Part shown: positions 41,371-50,603 of the stretch, in pieces
Layout: every line of letters begins with the position of its first letter
How positions within the stretch are numbered: position 1 is the first letter of the stretch
IMG/VR virus record: IMGVR_UViG_3300037504_000379
Origin: an uncultured virus (IMG/VR IMGVR_UViG_3300037504_000379)
Lineage: Duplodnaviria > Heunggongvirae > Uroviricota > Caudoviricetes > Crassvirales
Strand: one strand, 5' to 3'
DNA length: 64,000 nt
Notes under the pieces: model-generated
What the model was told of the DNA's origin: nothing
Seen by the model: only the letters and a program-made list of their open reading frames with translations
Database searches by the model: none
Position numbers and translations under genes: made by a program

Positions 41371-41393
41371 CAAACTTTTAAAAATAAGTTATT

Positions 41394-41858
41394 ATGAAAG
41401 TGATATTTACAGATAGTTTTTGGAAGAGTTTAGATAATATCCGCAAAGCAGAAAACCCCTGGTATTTTAAATATTGGGAACACAAGTGGTATGATTTTAA
41501 ACATGCCGTTAAAATGCTTTGGGTGTACTGTCCTATGGTTGTTAAAATGAGAGATTGGGATTATGCTTATATGGTGAGAATGATGCGCTTCCAGCTCAAA
41601 AGACTGCGAGATCATATCGAGAAATATAGTATAGCCACTGATGAGTATAAATATCCTAAAATAGAGGCTATTGATCAGGTGCTTGAGTATATGGATAATC
41701 ATCTTGAGGATAAATTTCTGATGAAAGCTGATTATGATAAATGCGAAACAGAGGAAGAAAAACTTAAGCTTACAGAGGAGATAAATCGCAAAGACCAAGA
41801 GAATTGGGATAGAATGTTTGCAATGATGAGAGCTAATATGAGAAGCTGGTGGGACTAA
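41394..41858 (+). CDS. hypothetical phage protein
   Basis: RDWDY motif and C-terminal SWWD. Confidence 0.75.
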   Translation: MKVIFTDSFWKSLDNIRKAENPWYFKYWEHKWYDFKHAVKMLWVYCPMVVKMRDWDYAYMVRMMRFQLKRLRDHIEKYSIATDEYKYPKIEAIDQVLEYMDNHLEDKFLMKADYDKCETEEEKLKLTEEINRKDQENWDRMFAMMRANMRSWWD

Positions 41859-41943
41859 TTGTTTAAAACATGTTAATATTTATTTCTTGTTTTCCTTTTT
41901 ATTTGCGGATTAATAGCTTATATTTGATTTAAAATAATTTAGT

Positions 41944-42939
41944 ATGGCTAAAAAGAATACTTCCACAAAAGGAGAAAATCTTCAGAAGGCAATAGATAAT
42001 CTCAACAAAACTTATGGTCAGGGAACAATAATAAAGTTAGGGGATGCTCCGGTGAGCGACATCCCCTCTATTGATTCTGGTAGTATTGCGTTGAACCAGG
42101 CATTAGGTGTTGGTGGTTATCCAAGGGGGAGGGTTGTAGAAATTTATGGTGCTGAATCGGCTGGAAAAACAACATTAGCCTTACATGCCATAGCACAGGT
42201 ACAGAAAAATGGAGGCAGGGCTGTAATCATTGATGCGGAACATGCATTGGATACAGAATATGCAAAAAAACTCGGTGTTAATGTTGGTGAACTATTTATT
42301 AGTCAGCCTAGCGATGGTGAGAAGGCATTGGAGATAGCAGATCAATTGGTGCGTTCTGGTGAAATTGATATAGTTGTCATTGATAGTGTAGCAGCATTAA
42401 TTCCTAAAGCTGAATTAGAGGGAGAGATGGGTGACTCTCGCCTTGGGTTACAAGCTCGATTAATGTCACAAGCTATGAGAAAATTGTCTGGAAGCATAAG
42501 CAAAACGAATACGTGCTGCATGTTTATTAATCAACTTAGGGAAAAAATAGGCGTTATGTTCGGGAGTAACGAGACCACAACAGGCGGAAATGCCCTTAAG
42601 TTTTATGCATCAGTACGACTTGATATAAGAAGAATTGGTCAGATAAAGAATGGCGAACAGGTAGTGGGAAACAGTACAAGAGTGAAGGTGGTGAAGAACA
42701 AGGTTGCTCCTCCTTTTAGGAAGGCTGAATTTGATATTATGTATGGAGAAGGAATAAGTAGGGCAGCAGAGTTGATTGATTTGGGAGTGCAACATGGAGT
42801 GATTAAGCAGAGTGGCTCTTGGTATTCTTATGGAGAAACCAAACTTGGTCAGGGGAAGGAGACTGTTCGCCTTTTGTTTAAAGATAATGAGGAGTTAGCT
42901 GAGGAGATTGAAAAGAAAATATTGGACAAAATGAGCTAA
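41944..42939 (+). CDS. recA: recombinase RecA
   Basis: [47 protein letters not shown]. Confidence 0.98.
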   Translation: MAKKNTSTKGENLQKAIDNLNKTYGQGTIIKLGDAPVSDIPSIDSGSIALNQALGVGGYPRGRVVEIYGAESAGKTTLALHAIAQVQKNGGRAVIIDAEHALDTEYAKKLGVNVGELFISQPSDGEKALEIADQLVRSGEIDIVVIDSVAALIPKAELEGEMGDSRLGLQARLMSQAMRKLSGSISKTNTCCMFINQLREKIGVMFGSNETTTGGNALKFYASVRLDIRRIGQIKNGEQVVGNSTRVKVVKNKVAPPFRKAEFDIMYGEGISRAAELIDLGVQHGVIKQSGSWYSYGETKLGQGKETVRLLFKDNEELAEEIEKKILDKMS

Positions 42940-43568
42940 CGGACAGCAATATGAAACGTGTGGAATTTAGCACTAACTTTACTATGAAAAACAACAGTAA
43001 TAATTAAATATTTTGAGCGTGGGATATATTAGTAAAAAACAAAGAGAAGAAATTAAGCAAAAGTATGATGGGCTTTGTGCTTATTCAGGAACGCCACTTG
43101 AGGATGATTGGCAGGTTGACCATGTAAAGCCACTTGTTAGAAATTGGTATGATGGCACTTCAATGTTTCCAGATGCTCATTGTGATGAAAACCTGATACC
43201 ATGCCAAAAGATAATAAACCACTACAAGGGTTCATTGGACTTGGAAACATTTAGAAACTGGTTTTTAGGTGGATTGCACGAGCGAATGGATAAGCCAAAG
43301 AATCCGAGAACCGAAAAATCAAAACGCAAAAAAGAATACTTGCAAAAAGTAGCTTCTTATTTTGGCATAACTCCAACAAAGCCCTTTAACGGAACTTTCT
43401 ATTTTGAGAGCGTGGGAAAAGAAAAAATTTAATTATGGTGAATTTAGCACAAACGATACTACGAAGCACAGCACTAAGCATGTTTTATATTGCATGTTGT
43501 AGTGTCGTTTTAATGCACTACAACGCTTGTGTAAACAGTCGTTTTAATGCTGTTTACACTGTGTTAGC
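42935..43568 (+). mobile_element. hairpin-bounded cassette locus D (cargo in loop plus empty cassette)
   Basis: GCTAACGGACA-GCAATATGAAACGTG [HNH gene] CATGTTTTATATTGC-AT-GTTGTAGTG-TCGTTTTAATG-CACTACAAC, short hairpin, GTTAGC. Confidence 0.85.
43013..43432 (+). CDS. HNH endonuclease (cassette cargo)
   Basis: CAYSG...WQVDHVKP...NLIPC...NHYKG; start codon uncertain (TTG). Confidence 0.8.
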   Translation: MSVGYISKKQREEIKQKYDGLCAYSGTPLEDDWQVDHVKPLVRNWYDGTSMFPDAHCDENLIPCQKIINHYKGSLDLETFRNWFLGGLHERMDKPKNPRTEKSKRKKEYLQKVASYFGITPTKPFNGTFYFESVGKEKI

Positions 43569-43592
43569 GAATTATAACTTAAAATATATTGT

Positions 43593-44390
43593 ATGAGAGA
43601 AAAAGGAGATAGATATAATGAGGGAAAATTAAGGCTTGATCTTATTACTCCACAAATGATGAAAGGGCTTGGGAGAGTTCTTACACACGGGACACGCAAA
43701 TACAGTGATAGAAATTGGGAGATCGGGTTGGAGTGGACGGGTGTCGCGGCTTCCCTTAAAAGACATCTATTAGCATTTGAGGAAGGAGAAGATTATGATA
43801 GTGAATCAGGACTTTTACACATAGAACATGTGTTGGCTAATGCAGGATTTTTGGCTACATATTATGAAACAAGACCAGAATATGACGATCGCATTAAAAG
43901 ACGATTTAAAATAGCTCTGGATATAGATGGTGTACTAGCAGATTTTAAAGGAGCTTATTGTAAGAGACATAACATACAACCAAAAAATAATCATTGGCAT
44001 TTTACCTATCTATGGAAGCAGGAGGACGGGTTGTTTGAAGATAAAGATTTTTGGACCAATAAGATACAACCGTTAGTTGATGGAACTAACTTATCAATAG
44101 AGCCTGTATGTTATGTAACTTCCAGGAGATGTTCTGTAGAATGGACGAAAGAATGGCTTGAAAAGCACGGATTCCCTTGTGAACCTGTTTATACTAATCA
44201 AGCCAGCAAAGTAGAGGTGTTGAAGGAGATGTTTGAAAGAGGAGAGGTTGACATCTTTGTGGACGATGCATATAAACATTTTGTGGAATTAAATAACGCA
44301 GGAATCCCTACGTATTTATTTGACCGTCCTTATAACAGGAAGTATGATGTAGGGTATAAAAGGATTTATGATTTAAGAGAACTAGCATGA
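43593..44390 (+). CDS. dATP/dGTP diphosphohydrolase (DUF5664) fused to a HAD 5'-nucleotidase
   Basis: GKLRLDL, G.RKY..RNW, D.ESGLLH..H; then DIDGVLAD, VTSR, FVDD, PYN. Confidence 0.8.
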   Translation: MREKGDRYNEGKLRLDLITPQMMKGLGRVLTHGTRKYSDRNWEIGLEWTGVAASLKRHLLAFEEGEDYDSESGLLHIEHVLANAGFLATYYETRPEYDDRIKRRFKIALDIDGVLADFKGAYCKRHNIQPKNNHWHFTYLWKQEDGLFEDKDFWTNKIQPLVDGTNLSIEPVCYVTSRRCSVEWTKEWLEKHGFPCEPVYTNQASKVEVLKEMFERGEVDIFVDDAYKHFVELNNAGIPTYLFDRPYNRKYDVGYKRIYDLRELA

Positions 44391-44635
44391 AATCAAAGGA
44401 TAGGAAAATAGCAGAGCTGTTTTATTATAAGCTTAAAGAATATTCTTCAACAGGGAAAGACCTAACGCTTACAGAGATGGCGGGATTTAGGAGATGGATG
44501 ATTGACTATTTGAGGTCACATAAAGGGGATAGAAATATAGTTATGAAGGGCGAGGGTAAAGATAAAATAGAGTCATTTGTGGACGCCTACATAAAGAGTA
44601 GTGGTTTACCCCTTCGACCAGATAAAAAGAGCTAA
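44387..44635 (+). CDS. hypothetical protein
   Basis: ORF in operon. Confidence 0.65.
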   Translation: MKSKDRKIAELFYYKLKEYSSTGKDLTLTEMAGFRRWMIDYLRSHKGDRNIVMKGEGKDKIESFVDAYIKSSGLPLRPDKKS

Positions 44636-44646
44636 AAATTGAGCAT

Positions 44647-44937
44647 ATGGATAATTATAGGACAGAAAAATTAAAGCAATATCTTGTAGGATTAGGAGTG
44701 CAGTACAAAGATGTTGATGCTGTAATAAGTAATTATACGAGAGATATTATGATGGACTCGTACAACAAGGGATTCAGCAGGTGCAAACGTATTAACCAGG
44801 CGTGTAGAATATTTAATCGTAATTTGGCGATTAATGATTTTGAGGAATTTTATAATCGCTGGGTAAATACTGTTTCGATAGATATGCTGCATGAGTTTCA
44901 GAATATGTATTATGATAACCTTCCCATTATAAGTTAA
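44647..44937 (+). CDS. hypothetical protein
   Basis: ORF in operon. Confidence 0.65.
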   Translation: MDNYRTEKLKQYLVGLGVQYKDVDAVISNYTRDIMMDSYNKGFSRCKRINQACRIFNRNLAINDFEEFYNRWVNTVSIDMLHEFQNMYYDNLPIIS

Positions 44938-44952
44938 ATTAAAATTAAGTGT

Positions 44953-46125
44953 ATGGATAAATTAACACCTGAAAAGATAAAGCAGGCAAAAAAACTGTTT
45001 GAAAAAAATCCTGGTATAGGGAGATATAAGTTAAAGGATGAACTTGACGTAAGTGAGATGACAGCTAGGATTTTGGCTTTTGCCTTAAATAATCCTGATC
45101 TTATGTCTGAAGATACAGATATGGCTATTAAATTCCGCAAAAAAGAAGTGGAGCTTAGGCAGGTAAAGTCTAATTACAGGAAGCTGCTAGATAGATACGA
45201 TGAAAAAGAACAGCAGAACGATATACTTCTTGGCATTCAGCCAGAGGATGACATTTATCCTGAAATAAAGGAGGTGACTGATGGCAGTAAAGGAAGTACC
45301 ATTGCGATAGCGGTACATAGTGATGTTCATGCTGAAGAAAAGGTGGAACGAGATGTTGTCCTTGGGGTGAATGAATATAATCCTGATATTTGTAAGGCGA
45401 GAGAGGAATTGTTTTTTCAAGACCTCCTTAAAATTGTAAAGCATCACAGGAAAAACTATAAGATAGACACTCTTGTGCTTGGTCTTCTTGGGGACATGAT
45501 AAGTGGTTATATTCACGAAGACCTGCAAGAGAATAACTTTATGTCTCCCACTGAGGCAGTAATGTTTATAAAAGAATTACTTGTTAGTGGTATTAAGTTT
45601 TTGGCAGATAACGGAGATTTTAAGAAGATTGTTATTCCTTGTGCTAAAGGAAATCATGGAAGGACGACAAAGAAAAAAAGGTTTTCTACTGCTTATAAGA
45701 ACTCATATGAATGGATGATGTATCATGATATGAAGCAAACATTTAAGTCGTTTGGCGGATATGAGCATGTAGAATTTATTATTCCTAAAAGTGAGTTTAC
45801 CTACGTTAATTCATTTGATAAGAGCCTGCTTTTTTCTCATGGAGATCATTTTGGTTTTGCAGGGGGTGTTGGTGGTTTTCAGGTTCCTTTGAGGAGATGG
45901 GCTTTAAATCAGCAGATGGTACAGCACTTTGATATGGCTTTTATTGGTCACTGGCATCATGTCATAAACCCCACAGAGAATGTATGGGTTAATGGTAGTG
46001 TTGTAGGTCATACGCCTTATGCTTCTGGTCATAGTATTCAACCTACTACTCCGGCACAGTTATTAGTGTTACAGCATCAGAAGTATGGCTTTATAGCACA
46101 TAATAAGATAGTGTTGAATCGCTAA
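44953..46125 (+). CDS. calcineurin-like metallophosphoesterase with N-terminal HTH/coiled coil
   Basis: SDVH, LGDMISG, GNHGR, HGD, GHWH. Confidence 0.85.
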   Translation: MDKLTPEKIKQAKKLFEKNPGIGRYKLKDELDVSEMTARILAFALNNPDLMSEDTDMAIKFRKKEVELRQVKSNYRKLLDRYDEKEQQNDILLGIQPEDDIYPEIKEVTDGSKGSTIAIAVHSDVHAEEKVERDVVLGVNEYNPDICKAREELFFQDLLKIVKHHRKNYKIDTLVLGLLGDMISGYIHEDLQENNFMSPTEAVMFIKELLVSGIKFLADNGDFKKIVIPCAKGNHGRTTKKKRFSTAYKNSYEWMMYHDMKQTFKSFGGYEHVEFIIPKSEFTYVNSFDKSLLFSHGDHFGFAGGVGGFQVPLRRWALNQQMVQHFDMAFIGHWHHVINPTENVWVNGSVVGHTPYASGHSIQPTTPAQLLVLQHQKYGFIAHNKIVLNR

Positions 46126-46265
46126 CGGACAGCGGTATGATGCGGGGCTTTGGATGTGTGTCGGCCTTGTGCGGCACTGCATTATGACCGCATGTTAGCT
46201 GTCTGGGCGGTCAAGTTGGTACACCGCTGATTAAAAGTACCAACGTAGTAATTTATTTTTTAGGG

Positions 46266-46931
46266 ATGGCAAAAATAGAACTTTTAAATTTATACGCTGG
46301 ACTTGGTGGTAATGTCAAGAAATTGGATAGAAACAAATACAATATTACATCAGTTGAGATTAATCCTAAGATTGCAAAATTTTATCAGGACAACTACCCC
46401 CAGGATAAAGTGATTGTTGGCGATGCTCACGAATACTTAATTAAACACTATAACGAGTATCGCTTTATCTGGAGTTCAATTAATTGTCCTACCCATTCGA
46501 GAGCTAGGTATTGGGCCTCTAAAGGAGGAAAGTATGAACCCGAATATCCAGACATGGGTTTGTACCAGGAAATTATTTTTCTTAAACATTTTTTTAATGG
46601 TGATTGGGTTGTGGAGAATGTAAAGCCATATTATGAGCCACTTATCAAGCCAACAATTGAAATGGATAGACATGTTTTTTGGTCAAATTTCACAATCACC
46701 CCTTTCCAGGTTGATAGTAATTATGTTTTTTCAGGAAATGATATGAAACGAGTTTCCGAAATGCTTGGTATTGAAATAAACAAGTATTCATTTGGAATTA
46801 GAAAAGATAAGCTTATTCGTAATTGCGTTAACCCTAACCTGGGTCTTCACATCCTTAACTGCTTTGAAAAAGCAGAAGCGGGCGGGCAAAAAATAAATTA
46901 CGGGCTATTTGCACAGGATTCTATTAAATAA
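46266..46931 (+). CDS. DNA cytosine-5 methyltransferase-like protein (cassette cargo)
   Basis: LNLYAGLGG, WSSINCPTHS (PC motif variant), VVENV, RH.FWSNF. Confidence 0.8.
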   Translation: MAKIELLNLYAGLGGNVKKLDRNKYNITSVEINPKIAKFYQDNYPQDKVIVGDAHEYLIKHYNEYRFIWSSINCPTHSRARYWASKGGKYEPEYPDMGLYQEIIFLKHFFNGDWVVENVKPYYEPLIKPTIEMDRHVFWSNFTITPFQVDSNYVFSGNDMKRVSEMLGIEINKYSFGIRKDKLIRNCVNPNLGLHILNCFEKAEAGGQKINYGLFAQDSIK

Positions 46932-47042
46932 ACGGTCGTAGCCTTGCAGCTAACGGAAAGCTATATGCACATCGTAGCGATAGCGGAGTTGTGTATATAG
47001 CATGTTGGCACACGTTAAATTTAAAACCAAATACTAAACTAT

Positions 47043-47333
47043 ATGGATAAACAATATTTAATAAATCAAGACACTGCAGAATACAACCACGAACTTTTAA
47101 TAGAATGTGGGTGGGAATCTGAACATGAGAAAAATCATATTTACTCATGGGAAGAATATTCTAAAAGTTGGTATATTCAAGACCAAGACGGAAGTGGATA
47201 TGAGGTAAAGATTTCTCTTAGACAACATGAAAACTATGCGCTGCTTTATGTAAATGGACAGTGGGTAGGGAGAGCACTTTATTTAAGTGATGCTGAATTA
47301 GTAGTCAATGCTATAAAAACAGCTTGCACTTAA
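47043..47333 (+). CDS. cassette cargo, hypothetical protein
   Basis: 96-aa ORF between GTTGGCACAC and GTGTGCCTAAC. Confidence 0.75.
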   Translation: MDKQYLINQDTAEYNHELLIECGWESEHEKNHIYSWEEYSKSWYIQDQDGSGYEVKISLRQHENYALLYVNGQWVGRALYLSDAELVVNAIKTACT

Positions 47334-47430
47334 TGTGTGCCTAACGGACAGCAATATGAAACGTGCGACAAATACGCAGGAACGATAATACGAAGCACCA
47401 CAGTAATAATTAAATATTTTTTTTGAAGGG

Positions 47431-48276
47431 ATGGAAATAAACAAAAATTATAATGAATCAAATCTTGAAACAATGGCAAGAATGCCTGATTGTTTTGTGG
47501 ACTTAACTGTAACTTCTCCACCTTACGATGGATTAAGAACATACAACGGTTATTCTTTTCCATTTGAGGATATTGCAAAAGAACTTTATAGGATAACTAA
47601 AGAAGGTGGTGTAGTGGTATGGGTAATTGGTGATGCAACAACCGATGGAAGTGAAAGTGGCACAAGTTTTAGACAGGCTTTATTTTTTCAATCTCTTGGT
47701 TTCTTTATACACGATACAATGATTTATGAAAAAAATGGTTCTGCTTATCCCGCTAATGATAAAAGCAATAGATATAGCCAAGTTTTTGAATATATGTTTG
47801 TGTTTAGTAAAGGGAAACCAAAAACACACAACTTAATAAAAGATAGAAAAAATAGATGGGAAGGAAGTAAGACTTTCGGCAACCAAAGTAACAGAAAACA
47901 AAATGGTATTTTAGAAAAAAAAGGAAGTAGGGAAACTCCTGAATTTGGTTATAGATATAATATTTGGAAATACAATAATGGTTATGGTTATAGTACAAAA
48001 GATGAAATAGCATTTAAACATCCTGCAATATTTCCTGAAAAATTAGCATACGACCATATAAAAACCTGGACAAACGAAGGTAATTTGGTTTACGATTGCT
48101 TTATGGGAAGTGGAACAACGGCAAAGGCAGCTATAAGTGCAAATAGAAATTGGATAGGAAGCGAAATAAGTGAAGAATACTGCCAAATAATAGAACAAAG
48201 GCTTGAACCATTACGGAACAATCTTTTTTCTAATTGCTTTGAAAAAGCAAAAGCGGGCGGGCAAAAAAATATTTAA
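47431..48276 (+). CDS. DNA N4-C/N6-A methyltransferase, beta class (cassette cargo)
   Basis: VTSPPY, HPAIFP, DCFMGSGTT, GSEIS. Confidence 0.92.
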   Translation: MEINKNYNESNLETMARMPDCFVDLTVTSPPYDGLRTYNGYSFPFEDIAKELYRITKEGGVVVWVIGDATTDGSESGTSFRQALFFQSLGFFIHDTMIYEKNGSAYPANDKSNRYSQVFEYMFVFSKGKPKTHNLIKDRKNRWEGSKTFGNQSNRKQNGILEKKGSRETPEFGYRYNIWKYNNGYGYSTKDEIAFKHPAIFPEKLAYDHIKTWTNEGNLVYDCFMGSGTTAKAAISANRNWIGSEISEEYCQIIEQRLEPLRNNLFSNCFEKAKAGGQKNI

Positions 48277-48444
48277 TTATGGTCAAACTTGTAGAAACAT
48301 TGAAACGAAGCACTACACTAAGCATGTTTTATATTGCATGTTGTAGTGTCGTTTTAATGCACTACAACGAAGGCATAAACAACGTTTTAATGTTGTTTAT
48401 GGCATGTTAGCGTCTCCAAAGAAGAAAACCCTAAAACTCTATCT

Positions 48445-49422
48445 ATGATAAAAACTGATGATATTCTTACTCGTACCACCACTTATGACATCTTAGAATT
48501 TTATACAAGAGATGTCCGTAAAGGGAAAACGCTTAAACCAATGGATAATTTTCAAAACCCATTAATATCACGGACACAGAAAACACCTTCATTCAATGTA
48601 TCGTATTGGAAAGATGCTTATTATTATAAAGACTATGCTACAGGACATAGCGGCTCTGCCTTTGACCTCGTGATGAACCTTTATGGACTTGATATAAAAC
48701 AAGCATGTAATAAGATAAATGAGGATATGGGGTTGGGATTAGATGGTGAACACGTAGAGGCAGAGAGGCAATATAAACCAGAACCACAAATACTACCTGA
48801 TACACGTAATTATGATTTTAGTGTAAAGCCTAAGCCATTTAATAAAAATGATAAGGCATTTTGGGGACAATACGGAATAACGGAGCGTATCCTCAGGATG
48901 TATGAATGCTTTCCTATTTCGGAGTTTCATGCTTATAACAAAGAGAATAAGCCCTATCAAATAAAGGCAAGATTTGACAATCCACTTTATTTCTATCAAC
49001 GCAATGGTTGGGGGATGGTTTATCGTCCCTTGTCTAAGTATACAAACAGGTTTTATAATATAGGCAAAAAACCTGATGGTTATTTGTTTGGACTAGAGCA
49101 GCTTCCTCAAAGTGGAGAAAGGCTTTATTTTGTTGGTGGGGAGAAGGACGTTATGTCAATGAGAGCGCATAGTTATTATGCTGTGTGCTTTAACAGCGAA
49201 GAAGCTGACCCTGCTAATTATCCTGATTTCTTACAGCTTGTTAGTTCGTCTAGGTTTGGTGAGTATATTTTTATGTATGATAATGATAGGACAGGGGTAC
49301 GTAATATGGAAAATAATGCTTTGAGATTTGGGATTCAATATACTGTTTTGCCTAATATGGGGGAAGGGAGAAAAGACATATCAGACTTTTTCTTTTTGCG
49401 GAGACAAAAATTGGTAGCATAG
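48445..49422 (+). CDS. DNA primase (Toprim)
   Basis: NPL...KTPSF, YKDYATG, GGEKDVM, YDNDRTG, KDISD. Confidence 0.85.
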   Translation: MIKTDDILTRTTTYDILEFYTRDVRKGKTLKPMDNFQNPLISRTQKTPSFNVSYWKDAYYYKDYATGHSGSAFDLVMNLYGLDIKQACNKINEDMGLGLDGEHVEAERQYKPEPQILPDTRNYDFSVKPKPFNKNDKAFWGQYGITERILRMYECFPISEFHAYNKENKPYQIKARFDNPLYFYQRNGWGMVYRPLSKYTNRFYNIGKKPDGYLFGLEQLPQSGERLYFVGGEKDVMSMRAHSYYAVCFNSEEADPANYPDFLQLVSSSRFGEYIFMYDNDRTGVRNMENNALRFGIQYTVLPNMGEGRKDISDFFFLRRQKLVA

Positions 49423-49456
49423 AAATTAGTAATTTTGTCTGTAAATAAGCAAAAAA

Positions 49457-50239
49457 ATGAAAATAGCAAACACAAATACGATAGGAGCAAAAGGTAGGGG
49501 GGTGCTTCCAGAAGTTTTAGCCTATAAAAACACGGTAGAATCTGATGGGGGTGTAATTGGGGATATTAACACATTCAATGATAACATTCAATGGGACAAG
49601 AACAATGAACTATACAGCAATCTTATGTTCTATAACTCTGTGTATGGAGGTTTCAAGAAAGATGCAAGTGATTATGTGAACAAGATATATGACATAAAAG
49701 AGAATGACGGTGTGCAGAACACAGGAACCAACCAGCCTCTATTGGCTGCTAAGGGGTATGATTTTGATGCAGTAAACGATTATTATGAATTAGAGCAACT
49801 ATTGACAGGAGGAAGCGACCCTTTTTCAATAAGTTTTTGGCTTATGATTGACGATATTACTCGAACTGGCGATGTAATTGGGCGTTTTGACACTGGAAAA
49901 CATTGGAGATTTAGTCAAGCTGAAGATAAGGTGGAATTTAGGGTTAGAACATCAGGAGATAGCAACAGTACGATTTATGGTAATATATCAACGGGTATGT
50001 ATCATGTAGTTGGTGTCTACACGGGAAGTGATCAGAAATTATACATTAATAAAACACTTACCTCAGAAGCAAGTCCAGGAGAGTTATTGGTTGAATCAGG
50101 TCCATTTTATATTAATACTTTTAATGGTAATATAGGCTTTCTTGGTATGACAATTAACGAAATTAAAATCTACAACACAGCCCTAACTAATACACAGATA
50201 GAATCCCTATACAACTTACAAAAACAATATATGCTATGA
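49457..50239 (+). CDS. LamG/concanavalin-like lectin domain protein
   Basis: FSISFW, YHVVGVY, KLYIN, INEIKIYNTALT..QI..LYN. Confidence 0.85.
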   Translation: MKIANTNTIGAKGRGVLPEVLAYKNTVESDGGVIGDINTFNDNIQWDKNNELYSNLMFYNSVYGGFKKDASDYVNKIYDIKENDGVQNTGTNQPLLAAKGYDFDAVNDYYELEQLLTGGSDPFSISFWLMIDDITRTGDVIGRFDTGKHWRFSQAEDKVEFRVRTSGDSNSTIYGNISTGMYHVVGVYTGSDQKLYINKTLTSEASPGELLVESGPFYINTFNGNIGFLGMTINEIKIYNTALTNTQIESLYNLQKQYML

Positions 50240-50493
50240 AAGTAATATTAACAAACACCATATCCGAGTTTGACAGCTTGCTTAATCAAATTCACACAGA
50301 ACTAAAAGCAAGCGATACAGACTATATCGCAACAAGCTGGCAAAGCGATGTAGTAGTAACTACTGATGACAGGTATATTATTTATACTGATGACAGAGTT
50401 GAAAATCACTGCTCACAAGAGATAACATCAAAGATACAGGAAATTGACGAAAGTCTAATCTATAAACCGCCACAGGATGAGGAAATTGTTTAA
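50236..50493 (+). CDS. hypothetical protein
   Basis: 85-aa ORF coupled to the LamG gene. Confidence 0.65.
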   Translation: MKVILTNTISEFDSLLNQIHTELKASDTDYIATSWQSDVVVTTDDRYIIYTDDRVENHCSQEITSKIQEIDESLIYKPPQDEEIV

Positions 50494-50603
50494 TATATGA
50501 CCGAGAAATCAAAAACACAGATAAATTGATTAATAAATCTTAAAATGTTGAATATCTTTATATATACGATCTATGTTTGAATTTATGAAAGAAGCTTTTG
50601 ACC

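Larger units (their letters stand above)
46121..48411 (+). mobile_element. cassette array, locus E (three cargo genes plus empty cassette)
   Basis: Four hairpin sites starting at 46121, 46947, 47335 and 48360; each internal segment bounded by its own inverted repeat; outer GCTAAC/GTTAGC. Confidence 0.85.

Noticed and set aside
43496..43568. Repeated CGTTTTAATG hairpins as a CRISPR array
   Set aside because: No regular repeat-spacer periodicity and no cas genes.
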